Assembly: GCA_030390025.1 (NCBI GenBank)
Contig: CM059432.1
Location: 119,290,001-119,354,000, forward strand
DNA length: 64,000 bases
Direction: 5' to 3'
Source of the DNA: Squalus acanthias
Lineage: Eukaryota
The position numbers were made by a program, and so were the translations under genes. Each line of letters starts with the position of its first letter. Position 1 is the first letter of the stretch. Of the stretch, positions 47,190 through 58,300 are shown one piece after another. Below the pieces are notes generated by a model. It saw nothing but the letters and a program-made list of their open reading frames with translations. It made no database searches and had not been told where the DNA came from.

Positions 47190-47690
47190 TATAAAAAGGA
47201 TATAGAGGCACTGGAGAGGGTGCAGAGAAGATTTACAAGGATGATACCAGAAATGTGAGGGTACACATATCAGGAAAGGATGAACAGGCTGGGTCTCTTT
47301 TCTCTTGAAAAAAGAAGGCTGAGGGGGTGACCTAATAGAGGTCTTTAAAATTATGAAAAATTTTGATCGAGTGAATACAGGGAGAATGTTTCCACTTGTG
47401 GGGGAGAGCATAACTAGAGGCCATCAATATAAGATAGTCACCAAGAAATCCAATCAAGTGGTGAGAATGTGGAACTAGCTACCACAGGGAGTGATTGAAG
47501 CAAATAGTTTAGATGCATTTAAAGGAAGGCTAGACAAGCACATGAGGGAGAAGGGAATAAAGGGTTATGCTGATAGATTTAGATGAGGAAAGACGGGAGG
47601 AGGCTCGTGTGGAGCATAAACACCAGCATGGACTGGTTGGGCCGAATGGCCTGTTTCTGTGCCGTATATAGCCTATGTAATCCTATGGAA
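47190..47690 (+). mobile_element. CR1 3' end fragment
   Basis: ALERVQRRFTRMIP..LGLFSLEKRRLRG; 3' UTR GGACTGGTTGGGCCGAATGGCCTGTTTCTGTG. Confidence 0.85.
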
Positions 47691-47841
47691 TGTAATGTCC
47701 TTTTCTCCTTTGCTAACGGATGGCTTTTTATTTCCTGCACAGACCAACACTTGGACTCAGGCTCAATCGTTTTGGTTTAAAACTCTAATCTATTATCTCT
47801 CTCTCTGAATGGCCTACTCCTATTCCTATTTTAATATAATA

Positions 47842-48582
47842 CCCCTGAATTTCCGATCGGAGACTTCCTGCAGGCGGATGCCTCCGATCGGAAAAAATTC
47901 TACGAACTTAGCTGCTGGTTCCATAGATACCGATGCTTGTGATCCTGGGCCTCTCATCTTCGAAATGCGCAGAGGCCCACGTATCCCAGGGGCGCATGCA
48001 GTTCGCAAGCGCCCCTGGGATCACGTGGGCCAGGTGAACCAATGGAAGAAGGGAATCCCCCTTCATACTTTTGACAGTTCCGTACGCACAGAACTGTCAA
48101 AAGTATGAATGGGGATGACTGCAAAAATACACCAACACACTGAAATAAATAAAGAAAAACCATTAAATATATAAAATTAATTAAAATTGCATTTAATTAA
48201 ATATTTTAAACAAAAATTTAATTTTTTGATAAATAAATTTACATCTTTTAAAGGAGCTAAAAATAATCTTACCTTATTGCACAGGTTTTTTAATGTTTAA
48301 ATGATTGAAAAATAATTATTTTAATGCTATTTTAAACTCTTATGCTGGTAAAAGCAGGCCTGCTTTTACCAGGCATAAGAATTCTATGGCCTTTCAGCAG
48401 GCGGAAATTGTTAAAAAGGCCCACTCTCCACCCGCAAAGGCACTTTTCCTGGGGATGCGTGCGATCTGTCAAGAAGATCGCAAGTGTCGGGTTTTAGGGC
48501 ATGCGCTTTGCATGCCTAAACCCTGCACTTGTGCGGCCCCTATGGGTGCGTACACACCGTTAGGGGTCGCAAAATTTAGCCC
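47842..48582. mobile_element. Probable non-autonomous Harbinger-like element with an AT-rich core
   Basis: Right end AAAATTTAGCCC, degenerate left end CCCCTGAATTT; GC-rich arms with internal palindromes. Confidence 0.4.
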
Positions 48583-48699
48583 ATTGTAATGGTGTTGCTC
48601 ATGGGATGTTATGCTTCAGTGAGATGGATGGCTGCTACATGTCAGTGTATGGATGGAGATAATCTAGTACCTCCTTGTCCTGGGTCAATACAATTACCT

Positions 48700-49900
48700 A
48701 TGCCTAATAACTACAGCTACCACAGGTATTATTGTGGTGGTTGCCCGAGCTTCTATGCTAGCTGACAGATCTGCAGTTATTTAAGCAAGGTGACTGAGTG
48801 ATATTAATATGGCATTGTTCTAAGAGACTTCTCCACCATTTGTGGCAGTTCATGCCATTTCCCTGCTGCTGGATACTCCCTCAGTATGGCCGGCAAACTA
48901 TGTAGGAGCAGTCCCTTGGCTAGGTTGTTGAAATCCTCTGCTATCTGATTCTCCAACATTTCTAAATATGGAGATGACAGACTAGAGCCCAAGGTGTCAT
49001 TTGTAATGGATAAGGATCTCAGCTGAGGAAGTTTGTACTGCAGAGGGCCATGAAGTGGACATGTTCTCCATGGTGGTAGTCTGCAGGTCATCAGGCATTC
49101 AGGCAGCACTGCACAGATACCGAGTGTGGATTTCTCCATAAATTGCTTAAGACGATACAGGCTGCTTGGTGCACTTTCAAATGGCTGCATGAAGTTCTGA
49201 TGCTGAGATACCAAACTGCATTTGTAGGCACGCCTTGAGAACTTCAGCTCCTTGGACTCAGTAGCTGAAGGAGGTTTTGAGTTGGCCCCCTAGCCACAAG
49301 GTTAAACTCCTGCAAGTCCACCTGTTCTTGCTCCTCCTCAAGTATGCTCAGTGCTTCATGCGCTGCCTCCTGCAACTCACTACTGACCCCTATGGAGTGG
49401 TGTTGCCACTCGAGGAGCATGTAGAGTTGTGCAAAGCTAGGTTTATTCCGCTTGTGGGGCTTTACTGTCAACAACTTAAAGGAGTAGAAGAAGAATATAT
49501 TTTAGAATAATGGTACAAAGTCACCCCTTGAAACAGATCTTAAATAGCAAGTTTTTCTATTCTGTTGTGCTTCAGCGTGAGATGGAGGGAATGAATCAGT
49601 GAGGAGGTAGATAAAATATGATGCTCAGTCTGAGCTTGAAGAAGATCTCGGACTTCTCCCTCTCACAATCCCTTTATTGCCTCCATTACAACAATCCAGT
49701 ACCCTCTCCTCAAATGGAGTCAAGCATCATAACATGGCCCCTCCTCGACTCTGCATGTGCTGCCTCTTGTGTGTAGCTTCTCCTGAAAACAGGTAGAAAA
49801 TGAACATATGTTGGAAAGAGGGATCTAAAAGGATGTATGGCATTTAAATGCCCAGGTCAGCAGCCACTTTATGTGAGTCTGTGAACAAGCAGCATGCAAC
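48700..49900 (-). pseudogene. Highly degenerate Harbinger Myb/SANT gene relic
   Basis: After the TTTTCAG acceptor (about 49783): EKL..HKRQHMQSRGG..LTPFEERVL, matching the exon-2 motif of the other Myb genes. Confidence 0.45.
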
Positions 49901-50093
49901 TATCTTGTACTGGCAATGTTCTTGGTGCTTGTTGCTTGCCATACATAATGAGCAATGGGTAAACATACTGGCAATATATAACATCTGGTAAAAGATGAGC
50001 ATATCCGTGCATTTGAAAATGAAATGTGTAGATTTATGGGAAAGCGTTGTGATTTTCTTTAGTTAACTTTATTTTACACATTTATGATATTAC

Positions 50094-50273
50094 GGGTTCG
50101 AAATTCGACTTCAGTGGTAGCGTGAAATGGCCAATAGCAAATGAGAGGCTCATTTTACATCCCCGCCCAATTTTCTTTTCTATTCACTTCAATGGAAAAG
50201 AAAATTGCTCGGAGTGTATAGCTGGCTCGCTATCGGACGTTTTGCACTATTGCTGAAGTCGAATTTCACACCC
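50094..50273. mobile_element. Short palindromic MITE
   Basis: GGG...GAAATTCGACTTCAG / CTGAAGTCGAATTTC...CCC; central AATTTTCTTTTC/GAAAAGAAAATT; flanks TAC/TAT. Confidence 0.75.
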
Positions 50274-50343
50274 TATAATTTTTAATTTTAGGGGTATACA
50301 GTGAAGTGGTTGGGAACCAGCATGCCCACTCTAAGGACTTTGA

Positions 50344-50510
50344 GGGGGTAATTTTAACCTAAGCCCCCTGGCGGGAATCTTACAGGATCAGAGCGGACGT
50401 CCGCTTTGCATGCTGTGACGTCAACGGACAGTAAAATCGAACGGCGAGTAAAATCAGCGGTCGATTTGATCACGTCATTTCCAAGCAGGTGGGTGAGATA
50501 CAGTTATCCC
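50344..50510. mobile_element. Diverged palindromic MITE
   Basis: GGGGGTAATTTTAACC ... GGTGAGATACAGTTATCCCC. Confidence 0.4.
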
Positions 50511-51309
50511 CAAAAACATTTTTTCAGGGGTTACTTTTGTGATTGTTTGTTGTTTAGTTTTTCGTTACTCTAACAGAAAATCACATGCATGAAATAAACA
50601 GAAATTGGGCCCAGACTGCAAATTTTTGACAAGTTTATTTTTGCATTATAAATCTTTTCAACTGCTCTCCAAGCTTTCAGGCTGCATCCAGGTAATTCTT
50701 GATTAGCTGCCACCAGGTCAGCACTTGATCATAACACTTTGGTTAAAAGGCTTCTGTCCGGTTCCCAACAGTAAATGCCACTTGCCCTGCGACTACAGTA
50801 TTTAGCTTTGATCTCCAGTGTAACGCGGAGTAAGAATGTCCTTCACCCTTTCTTCTAATTGGATTAGTTGGCCTGTTCTTTGTGGTTTACTTGCTGCAGC
50901 TTAATGAATGATATACCCTCCTATCATCACCGTCTAGGGCTCTGAAAATATTGCGTTGAAACTAACTGAACCCATGTTACCTTTGAGGAAAGTTGTACAA
51001 ATCTTTCTCTGTTTTGTACATAAACTTTGGGGCATTGAGAAGCAGGTCTTCAACTAGTACTCTGAATAATCTAATGGTCTTTCATCTTTACATAATAGTG
51101 GCATAACCATTATAATAATTAATTTCACAGATGTGCCACTGCCACCTCAATGGTTTCCTGAAAATCTTGAAATCAATAAGTCTCAGTGTAAGTAGCTTGG
51201 CTATGAGAACAGCGCATATATTCACTCATGGTGGAATTATGCAGCTGCCAAAGATTTGACAGACTCATCTTGCTGTTGGTTAGCTTCAGTGGCCCTATTT
51301 TTTTCTTTT

Positions 51310-51870
51310 TTGTTATTCGTTTATGGGATGTGGGCGTCGCTGGCAAGGCCAGCATTTATTGCCCATCCCTAATTGCCCTTGAGAACGTGGTGCTGAGCCG
51401 CCACCTTGAACCGCTGCAGTCTGTGTGGAGAAGGTATTCCCACAGTGCTGTTAGGTAGGGAGTTCCAGGATTTTGACCCAGCGACAATGAAGGATCGGCG
51501 ATATGCTTCCAAGTCAGGATGGTGTGTAACTTGGAGGGGAACTTGGAGGTAGCGGTGTTCCCATTCATCTGCTGCCCTTGTCCTTCTAGGTGGTAGAGGT
51601 CGCGGGTTTGGGAGGTACTGCCGAAGAAGCCTTGGTGAGTTGCTGCAGTGCATCTTGTAGATGGTACACACTGCAGCCATGGTACGCCGGTGGTGGAGGG
51701 AGTGAATGTTTAAGGTGGTGGATGGGGTGCCAATCAAGCGGGCTGCTTTGTCCTGGATGCTGTCGAGCTCCTTGAGTAATGTTGGAGCTGTACTCATCCA
51801 GGCACGTGGAGAGTATTCCATCACACTCCTTACTTGTGCCTTGTAGATGGTGGAAAGGCTTTGGAGAGAC
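51310..51870 (-). mobile_element. CR1-clade family B 3' end
   Basis: MMEYSPRAWMS..LDSIQDKAARLIG..LHHRRTMAAVCTIYKMHC. Confidence 0.85.
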
Positions 51871-52121
51871 TGTCCAGCAATGATCCAAACACCAGATTAA
51901 AATCCACGCGGCACCCCTACCCCACACCCCCACAGCCCCCATCAAGCAGTTTACTATCAAGGTTTGACACCACACTGGATTTACAGTCAATCACGGTGTC
52001 AAACTGAAACAATGTGCAACTACACCCTCCAGGGAATCTCACTCCACTTTACTCTGCAGGAGTATTCAAATGCGTCACAGTTCTGAGCTCCATATTTGGG
52101 CTGCAGACATTTGAATCCTAA

Positions 52122-53003
52122 GGGGGAAAAATTCGGTTGCTTTGCGCCTCCCGTTAGAGGGCGCTAATGGGGCGCAAAGCAACTAGCGCCCGGACGCAGC
52201 GATGTTTGCGCCGCTCGCAAAATTGACAGGATATTTTGCGGCGACGCTAAACACTACCGCCATGATCTCCTGCACCCGCAGATCGTGACGTCAGTCGAGT
52301 GTACAATGCCCCGGTAGCGCCCCAGACCGGATATTGAGTGGCGCCCCCTGCCTTACCGCCTGCCGCTAGCAGCGACAGGTTGAGGGGAGCGTTTTGCAGT
52401 CGGGAAGGGACTGGGGGAGTGCTATTTAAAGGCGACCGCTTCCTGTCTTTTTTTGTCGGTGACATTTTTGCACCACGCATTCTGAGAGAGAGAGAGAGAC
52501 TTCTGGAGAGATTCAACGCTGTGTGAAGGAGTTTTGGGTACTGAGCAGCACTTTGCAGGTTCATTTTGATTTGACCTTCCTTGCATCGATTTAGAAGAGA
52601 TTATGGGGGCTGCACTCTAAGCTCTTTCCCTGGCCCTCTCCATTGTTCTTTCCAGCAGATTTGATGTACAGGTCTCTCCAGGCTGAGATTCAAGGCTGCA
52701 ATGAGCAGGATGTGGATGGAGAGCAAGATCGACCCTCCCCTTTAAGAACTGGCCAGCGCCAGTGGGTCTGTGTTCCATTGCTGACTGACATCACATGAGT
52801 TTCGCCAGCGCTCTGAGTTAGCGCCTCGCTCCTCGGCGTTAGCACCTTAAGAGAGGTGTGTAGCGCCTGATTTAGCGCTCCAATCACCTCCAGGGGCAAT
52901 AGAAGCCAAGTTTGCAGTCGGAGGCGATAATTAGTGCCAGGCGCTAAACTTTGCGCCTGGCCGATAATTGTGCCCCGACAGGGCGAAGCCGAATTTCTCC
53001 CCC
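52122..53003. mobile_element. Harbinger MITE (type A)
   Basis: TIR GGGGGAAAAATTCGG / CCGAATTTCTCCCCC; TSD TAA. Confidence 0.92.
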
Positions 53004-53129
53004 TAAGTCTCTGCATCAACACCCACTTTTAACACCTTTTTGTTGCCCCTTCTACATGACAATCCAGGCGTTTCTGAATTGCCTAATACAACACTATATA
53101 ATGTGAATTTTAATGAGGATTATTCCATT

Positions 53130-53776
53130 GTTATGGCTTCTCCTCCCACTCCCGCACCATTACCTCTGGTGTCCCTAAGGATCTATCCTTGGCCGCCTCC
53201 AATTTCTCATCTACATGCTGCCGCTCAACAACATCATCCGAAAACACAACGTCAGGTTCCACATGTACACTGACGACACCCAGCTCTACTTTACAACAGT
53301 GACCACACTCCAAAAGTACTTCATTGGCTGTAAAGCGCTTTGAGACATCCGGTGGTCATGAAAGGCGCTATATAAATGCAAGTCTTTCTTTCTTTCTTTT
53401 ACTTCACCGCCACCTCGTTCAATCCCTCCACTACCTCTGATTTGTCATGCTGCTTGTCCGACATCCAGTATTGGATGAGCAGAAATTTCCTTGAACTAAG
53501 TATTGGGAAGACCGAAGCCATTGGGCTGGATTTTGATACTGGGGCGGGTTGGGGTCGTGTTATCCACCCGACTGCAATTGGATGTGGGAGATTGATGCAA
53601 TTTTCACCTAATTGGGCAATTGAGTTCCAGCATGTGGGAACCCATGAAACAATTAGTGGTTTCAGTCTGAAAGTCGCCTCTGATGATGTAATCATTGATG
53701 CTGCATTGAAGGTCAGAGACTGCCTGGCCTTTGCTGTGAGAGGACCTGGATGCAAAATGAGCAGCAGCTCTAAGTC

Positions 53777-53836
<60 letters not shown>

Positions 53837-55015
53837 TTTTTTGCTCCACCACTCCCAGATGCCAGCCAGCCACTCACTGATACTCAGCACAGCCACTGAT
53901 ATTCAACTATCCACATGTGCTCCCGCCAGGTTTCACAATCGTGTTTCAGAACAGGCGTGCTTCACGTAGAACAAGGGTTAAAATCACAAAGGCCTTTCAA
54001 AATGGCATTATAGAGCCAATTTAGTGCTTGTTAAGGGCCTTAACAGCCTATCCCGTCTGTTAAAGGCGGGACCAGCAGACACGATTTCATCAAAATTGCG
54101 TGGAGGCGGGATGGAGGCGGACTTCCGCCCGCCCACCACTTTTCACCATTTTAACCCCCCACACACCTCCAAACCCGCCTCGACGGGTCAATGAAAATCC
54201 AACCCATTGTCTTCGGTCCCCGCTACAAACTCTATTCGCTAGCCACCAACTCCATCCCTCTCCCTGCCCACTGCCTGAGGCTGAACCAGAGCATTCACAA
54301 CCTTGGTGTCCTATTTGACCAAGAGATGAGCTTCTGATCCCATATCCTCTCCATCACCAAGACTGCGTATCTCCACTTCCATAATATCGCCCGTCTCCAC
54401 CCCGCCTGAACTCATCTGCCCCTGAAACCTTCATCCATGTCTTTCTTACCTCTAGACTCGACTATTCCAATGCTTTTCTGGCTGGCCTCCTATCTTGCAC
54501 CCTCTGTAAACTTGAACTCATCCTAAACTCTGCTGCCCGTATCCTAACTTGCTCCAAGTCTCGTTCACCCATCATCCTGGTGCTCGCTCTGAGTCCAGCA
54601 ACACCTCACTTTTAAAATTCTCATCCTTGATTCCAAATTGCTCCATGGTCTTCTTGCCTCTCACTATCTCTGTAATCTCCTCCAGCCTTACAACTCCAAG
54701 ATCTCTCTGCTTCTCCAACTCTGCCCTATTTCACATATTCGATTTTCATCGCTTTACCATTAGCATCTGTGCCTTCAGCTGCCAAGACCCTAAGCTCTGG
54801 AACTCCTTCCCTAAACTTCTCCGCCTCTCTACCTCTCTTGCCTCTTTTAAGATTCTCCTTAAAACCTACCTCTTTGAACAAATTTTTGGTCACCTGTCCA
54901 AACATCTCTTTATGTGGCTCGGTGTCAAATTTTGATTGATAACGCTCCTGTGAAGCGCCTTGGGATGTTTTACTACACTAAAGGCACTTTATAAATGTAA
55001 GTTGTTCTTGTTGTT
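53130..55015 (+). mobile_element. L2 LINE, RT to 3' end, with a nested DeuSINE tail (about 53290-53398) and a Harbinger MITE
   Basis: SGVP.GSILG..FHMYTDDTQLY..CLSDIQYWMSRNFL..KTEAI|VFGP; tail TATAAATGTAAGTTGTT. Confidence 0.85.
53523..54205. mobile_element. Non-autonomous Harbinger element (different family) with an internal (GA)n
   Basis: TIR GGGCTGGATTTT / AAAATCCAACCC; TSD ATT; splits the L2 KTEAI/VFGP. Confidence 0.85.
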
Positions 55016-55316
55016 TTTGTTATCAATAAATTTAGTTTTAATGAGTCCCACTCACACCTTTGTTACCTCATCGATAGTTTCACTCTTGTTGCTATTCTGT
55101 CAAGTGAAGCGTCTAATTATGAACCTGTACCATTCTGTACCCATTTTCTGCTTCTGAAATGGATGATGTAGTCGCAGATGATTTCCTTCTGAAAAACTCG
55201 TTAGCAACTAATTAAAGTTTTCTGCCGTATGCACTGCAATGTCTTTTAATTAGGTGTATTGTCTAAACTGACCACAGCTTTAATTCAACAGTTCAGTGAT
55301 CACTGGATCTAAATTG

Positions 55317-58300
55317 GGGTAAGGGACAGGGTTAGGGACAGGTGCAAGGGGTAGGTGCCAGGGACAGGTGCAAGGAGTAGGTGCAAGGGATAAATGCAAG
55401 GGGCAGGGGTAGGGGGCAGGTGCAAGGGACAGGTGCAAGGGGCAGGTGCAAGGGACAGGTGCAAGGGGCAGGTGCAAGGGACAGGGGTAGGGGCAGGTGG
55501 AAGGAACAGGTGCAAATGACAGGTACAAACGACAGGTGCAAGGGGAGGTGCAAGGGATAAATGCAAGGGGCAGGGGTAGGGAGCAGGTGCAAGGGACAGG
55601 GGTAGGGGGCAGGTGCAAGGGACAGGTGCAAGGGGCAGATGCAAGGGACAGGTGCAAGCGCCAGGTGCAAGGGGCAGGTGCAAGGGATGGTGTAGGGGAA
55701 GGTGCAAGGGACAAGGGTAGGGGCAGGTGCAAGGGGCAGGTGCAAGGGGCAGGTGCCAGGGGCAGGTGCAAGGGATGGGGTAGGGGCAGATGCAAGGGAC
55801 ACAGGTAGGGGCAGGTGCAAGGGACAGGTGCAAGGGGCAGGTGCAAGGGGCAGGTGCAAGGGATGGTGTAGGGGCAGGTGCAAGGGACAAGGGTAGGGGC
55901 AGGTGCAAGGGACAGGTGCAAGGGACAGATGCAAGGGGCAGGTGCAAGGGATGGAGGTAGGGGCAGGTGCAAGGGACAAGGGTAGGGGCATTTGCAAGGG
56001 TCATGTGCAAGGGGCAGGTGCAAGGGACAGGGGTAGGGGCAGGTGGAAGGGACAGGTGCAAATGACAGGTGCAAGGGGCAGGTGCAAGGGACAGGAGCAA
56101 GGGACACGGGTAGGGGCAGGTGAAAGGGTAGGTGCAAACGACAGGTGCAAAAAACAGGTGCAAGGGGCAGCTGTAAAGGACAGGTGCAAGTGGCAGGGGA
56201 AGGGGCAGGTGCAAGGGACAGGTGCAAGGGGCAGGTGCAAGGGGCAGGTGCAAGGGGCAGGTGCAAGGGACAGGGGTAGGAGGCAGGTGCAAGGGGCAGG
56301 TGCAAGGGACAGGTGCAAGGGACAGGTGCAAGGGGCATGTGCAAGGGACGGGTGCAAGGGACAGGTGCAAGGGGCAGGTGCAAGGGACAGGTGCAATGGG
56401 TGGGGTGTCTTCCAATCCCATCAAAGATCTGATGCAATTGGGGTCAAAGGAAAGTCAATCTCTCTATCGCCACGACTCCCAAGTGGCCAAACCTTTGTGC
56501 AATAATTATATTTCACAAAACAAACAGGGGCAAGGGGAAGGTGCACGGGGCTGGTGCAAGGGATAGGTGCAAGGGACAGGTGCAAGGAGCAGGTGCAAGG
56601 GGCAGGTGCAAGGGGTAGGTGCCAGGGGAAGGTGCAAGGGATGGGGTAGGTGCAGTTGCAAGGGACAGGTGGAAGGGACAGGTGCAAGGGGCAGGTGCAA
56701 GGGGCAGGTGCAAGTGACAGTTACAAGGGGCAGGTGTAAGGGGCAGGTGCAAGGAGCAGTTACAAGGAGCAGAGGTAGGGGGCAGGTGCAAGGCACAGAG
56801 GTAGGAGAAAGGGTAGGGGCAGGTGCAAGGGACAGGGGTAGGGGGCAGGTGCAAGAGACAGTTGCAAGGGTCAGGTGCAAGGGCCAGGTGCAAGGGACAG
56901 GTGCAAGGGGCAGGTGCAAGGGATGGTGTAGGGGCAGGTGCAAGGGACAAGGGTAGGGGCAGGTGCAAGGGACAGGTGCAAGGGGCAGGAGCAAGGGGAA
57001 GGTGCAAGGGATGGGGTAGGTGCAGTTGCAAGGGACACAGGTAGGGGCAGGTGCAAGTGGCAGGTGCAAGGGGCAGGTGCAAGGGACAGGTACAAGTGGC
57101 AGGTGCAAGGGGCAGGTGCAAGGGATGGTGTAGGGGCAGGTGCAAGGGACAAGGGTTGGGGCAGGTGCAAGGGACAGGTGCAAGGGACAGATGTAAGGGG
57201 CAGGTGCAAGGGATGGAGGTAGGGGCAGGTGTAAGGGACAAGGGTAGGGGCAGGTGCAAGGGACATGTGCAAGGGGCAGGTGCAAGGGACAGGGGTAGGG
57301 GCAGGTGGAAGGGATAGGTGCAAATGACAGGTGCAAGAGGCAGGTGCAAGGGACAGGAGCAAGGGACAGGGGTAGGGGCAGGTGGAAGGGACAGGTGCAA
57401 ACAACAGGTGCAAACGACAGGTGCAAGGGGCAGTTGCAAGTTGCATGTGCAAGGGACAGGTGCAAGGGGCAGGGGTAGGGGGCAGGTGCAAGGGAGAGGT
57501 GCAAGGGGCAGGTGTCAGGGGCAGGTGCAAGGGGCAGGTGCAAGGGACAGGGGTAGGAGGCAGGTACAATGGACAGGTGCAAGGGGCAGGTGCAAGGGGT
57601 GGGGTAGGGGCAGTTGCAAGGGACAGGTAGGGGTAGGTGCAAGGGACAGGTGCAAGGGGCAGGTGCAAGGGACAGTGGTAGGAGGCAGGTGCAAGGGACA
57701 GGTGCAAGGGGCATGTGCAAGGGACAGGTGCAAGGGGCATGTGCAAGGGGCAGGTGCAAGGGACAGGTGCAAGGGGCAGGTGCAAAGGACAGGTGCAAGT
57801 GGCAGGGGTAGGGGGCAGGTGCAAGGGACAGGTGCAAGGGGCAGGTGCATGGGGCAGGTGCAAGGGGCAGGTGCAAGGGACAGGGGTAGGAGGCAGGTGC
57901 AAGGGACAGGTGCAAGGGGCATGTGCAAGGGACAGGTGCAAGGGACAGGTGCAAGGGGAAGGTGCAAGGGACAGGTGCAAGGGGCAGGTGCAAGGGACAG
58001 GGGTAGGGGCAGGTGCAAGGGACAGGTGCAAGGGGCAGGTGCAAGGGGCAAGTGCAAGGGACAGGTGCAAGGGACAGGTACAAGGGACAGGGGTAGGAGG
58101 CAGGTGCAAGGGACAGGTGCAAGGGGCAGGTGCAAGGGACAGGGGTAGGAGGCAGGTGCAAGGGACAGTTGCAAGGGGCAGGTGCAAGGGACAGGGTTAG
58201 GAGGCAGGTACAAGGGACAGGTGCAAGGGGCAGGTGCAAGGGACGGGTGCAAGGGACAGGTGCAAGGGGCAGGTGCAAGGGACAGGTGCATGGGGCAGGT

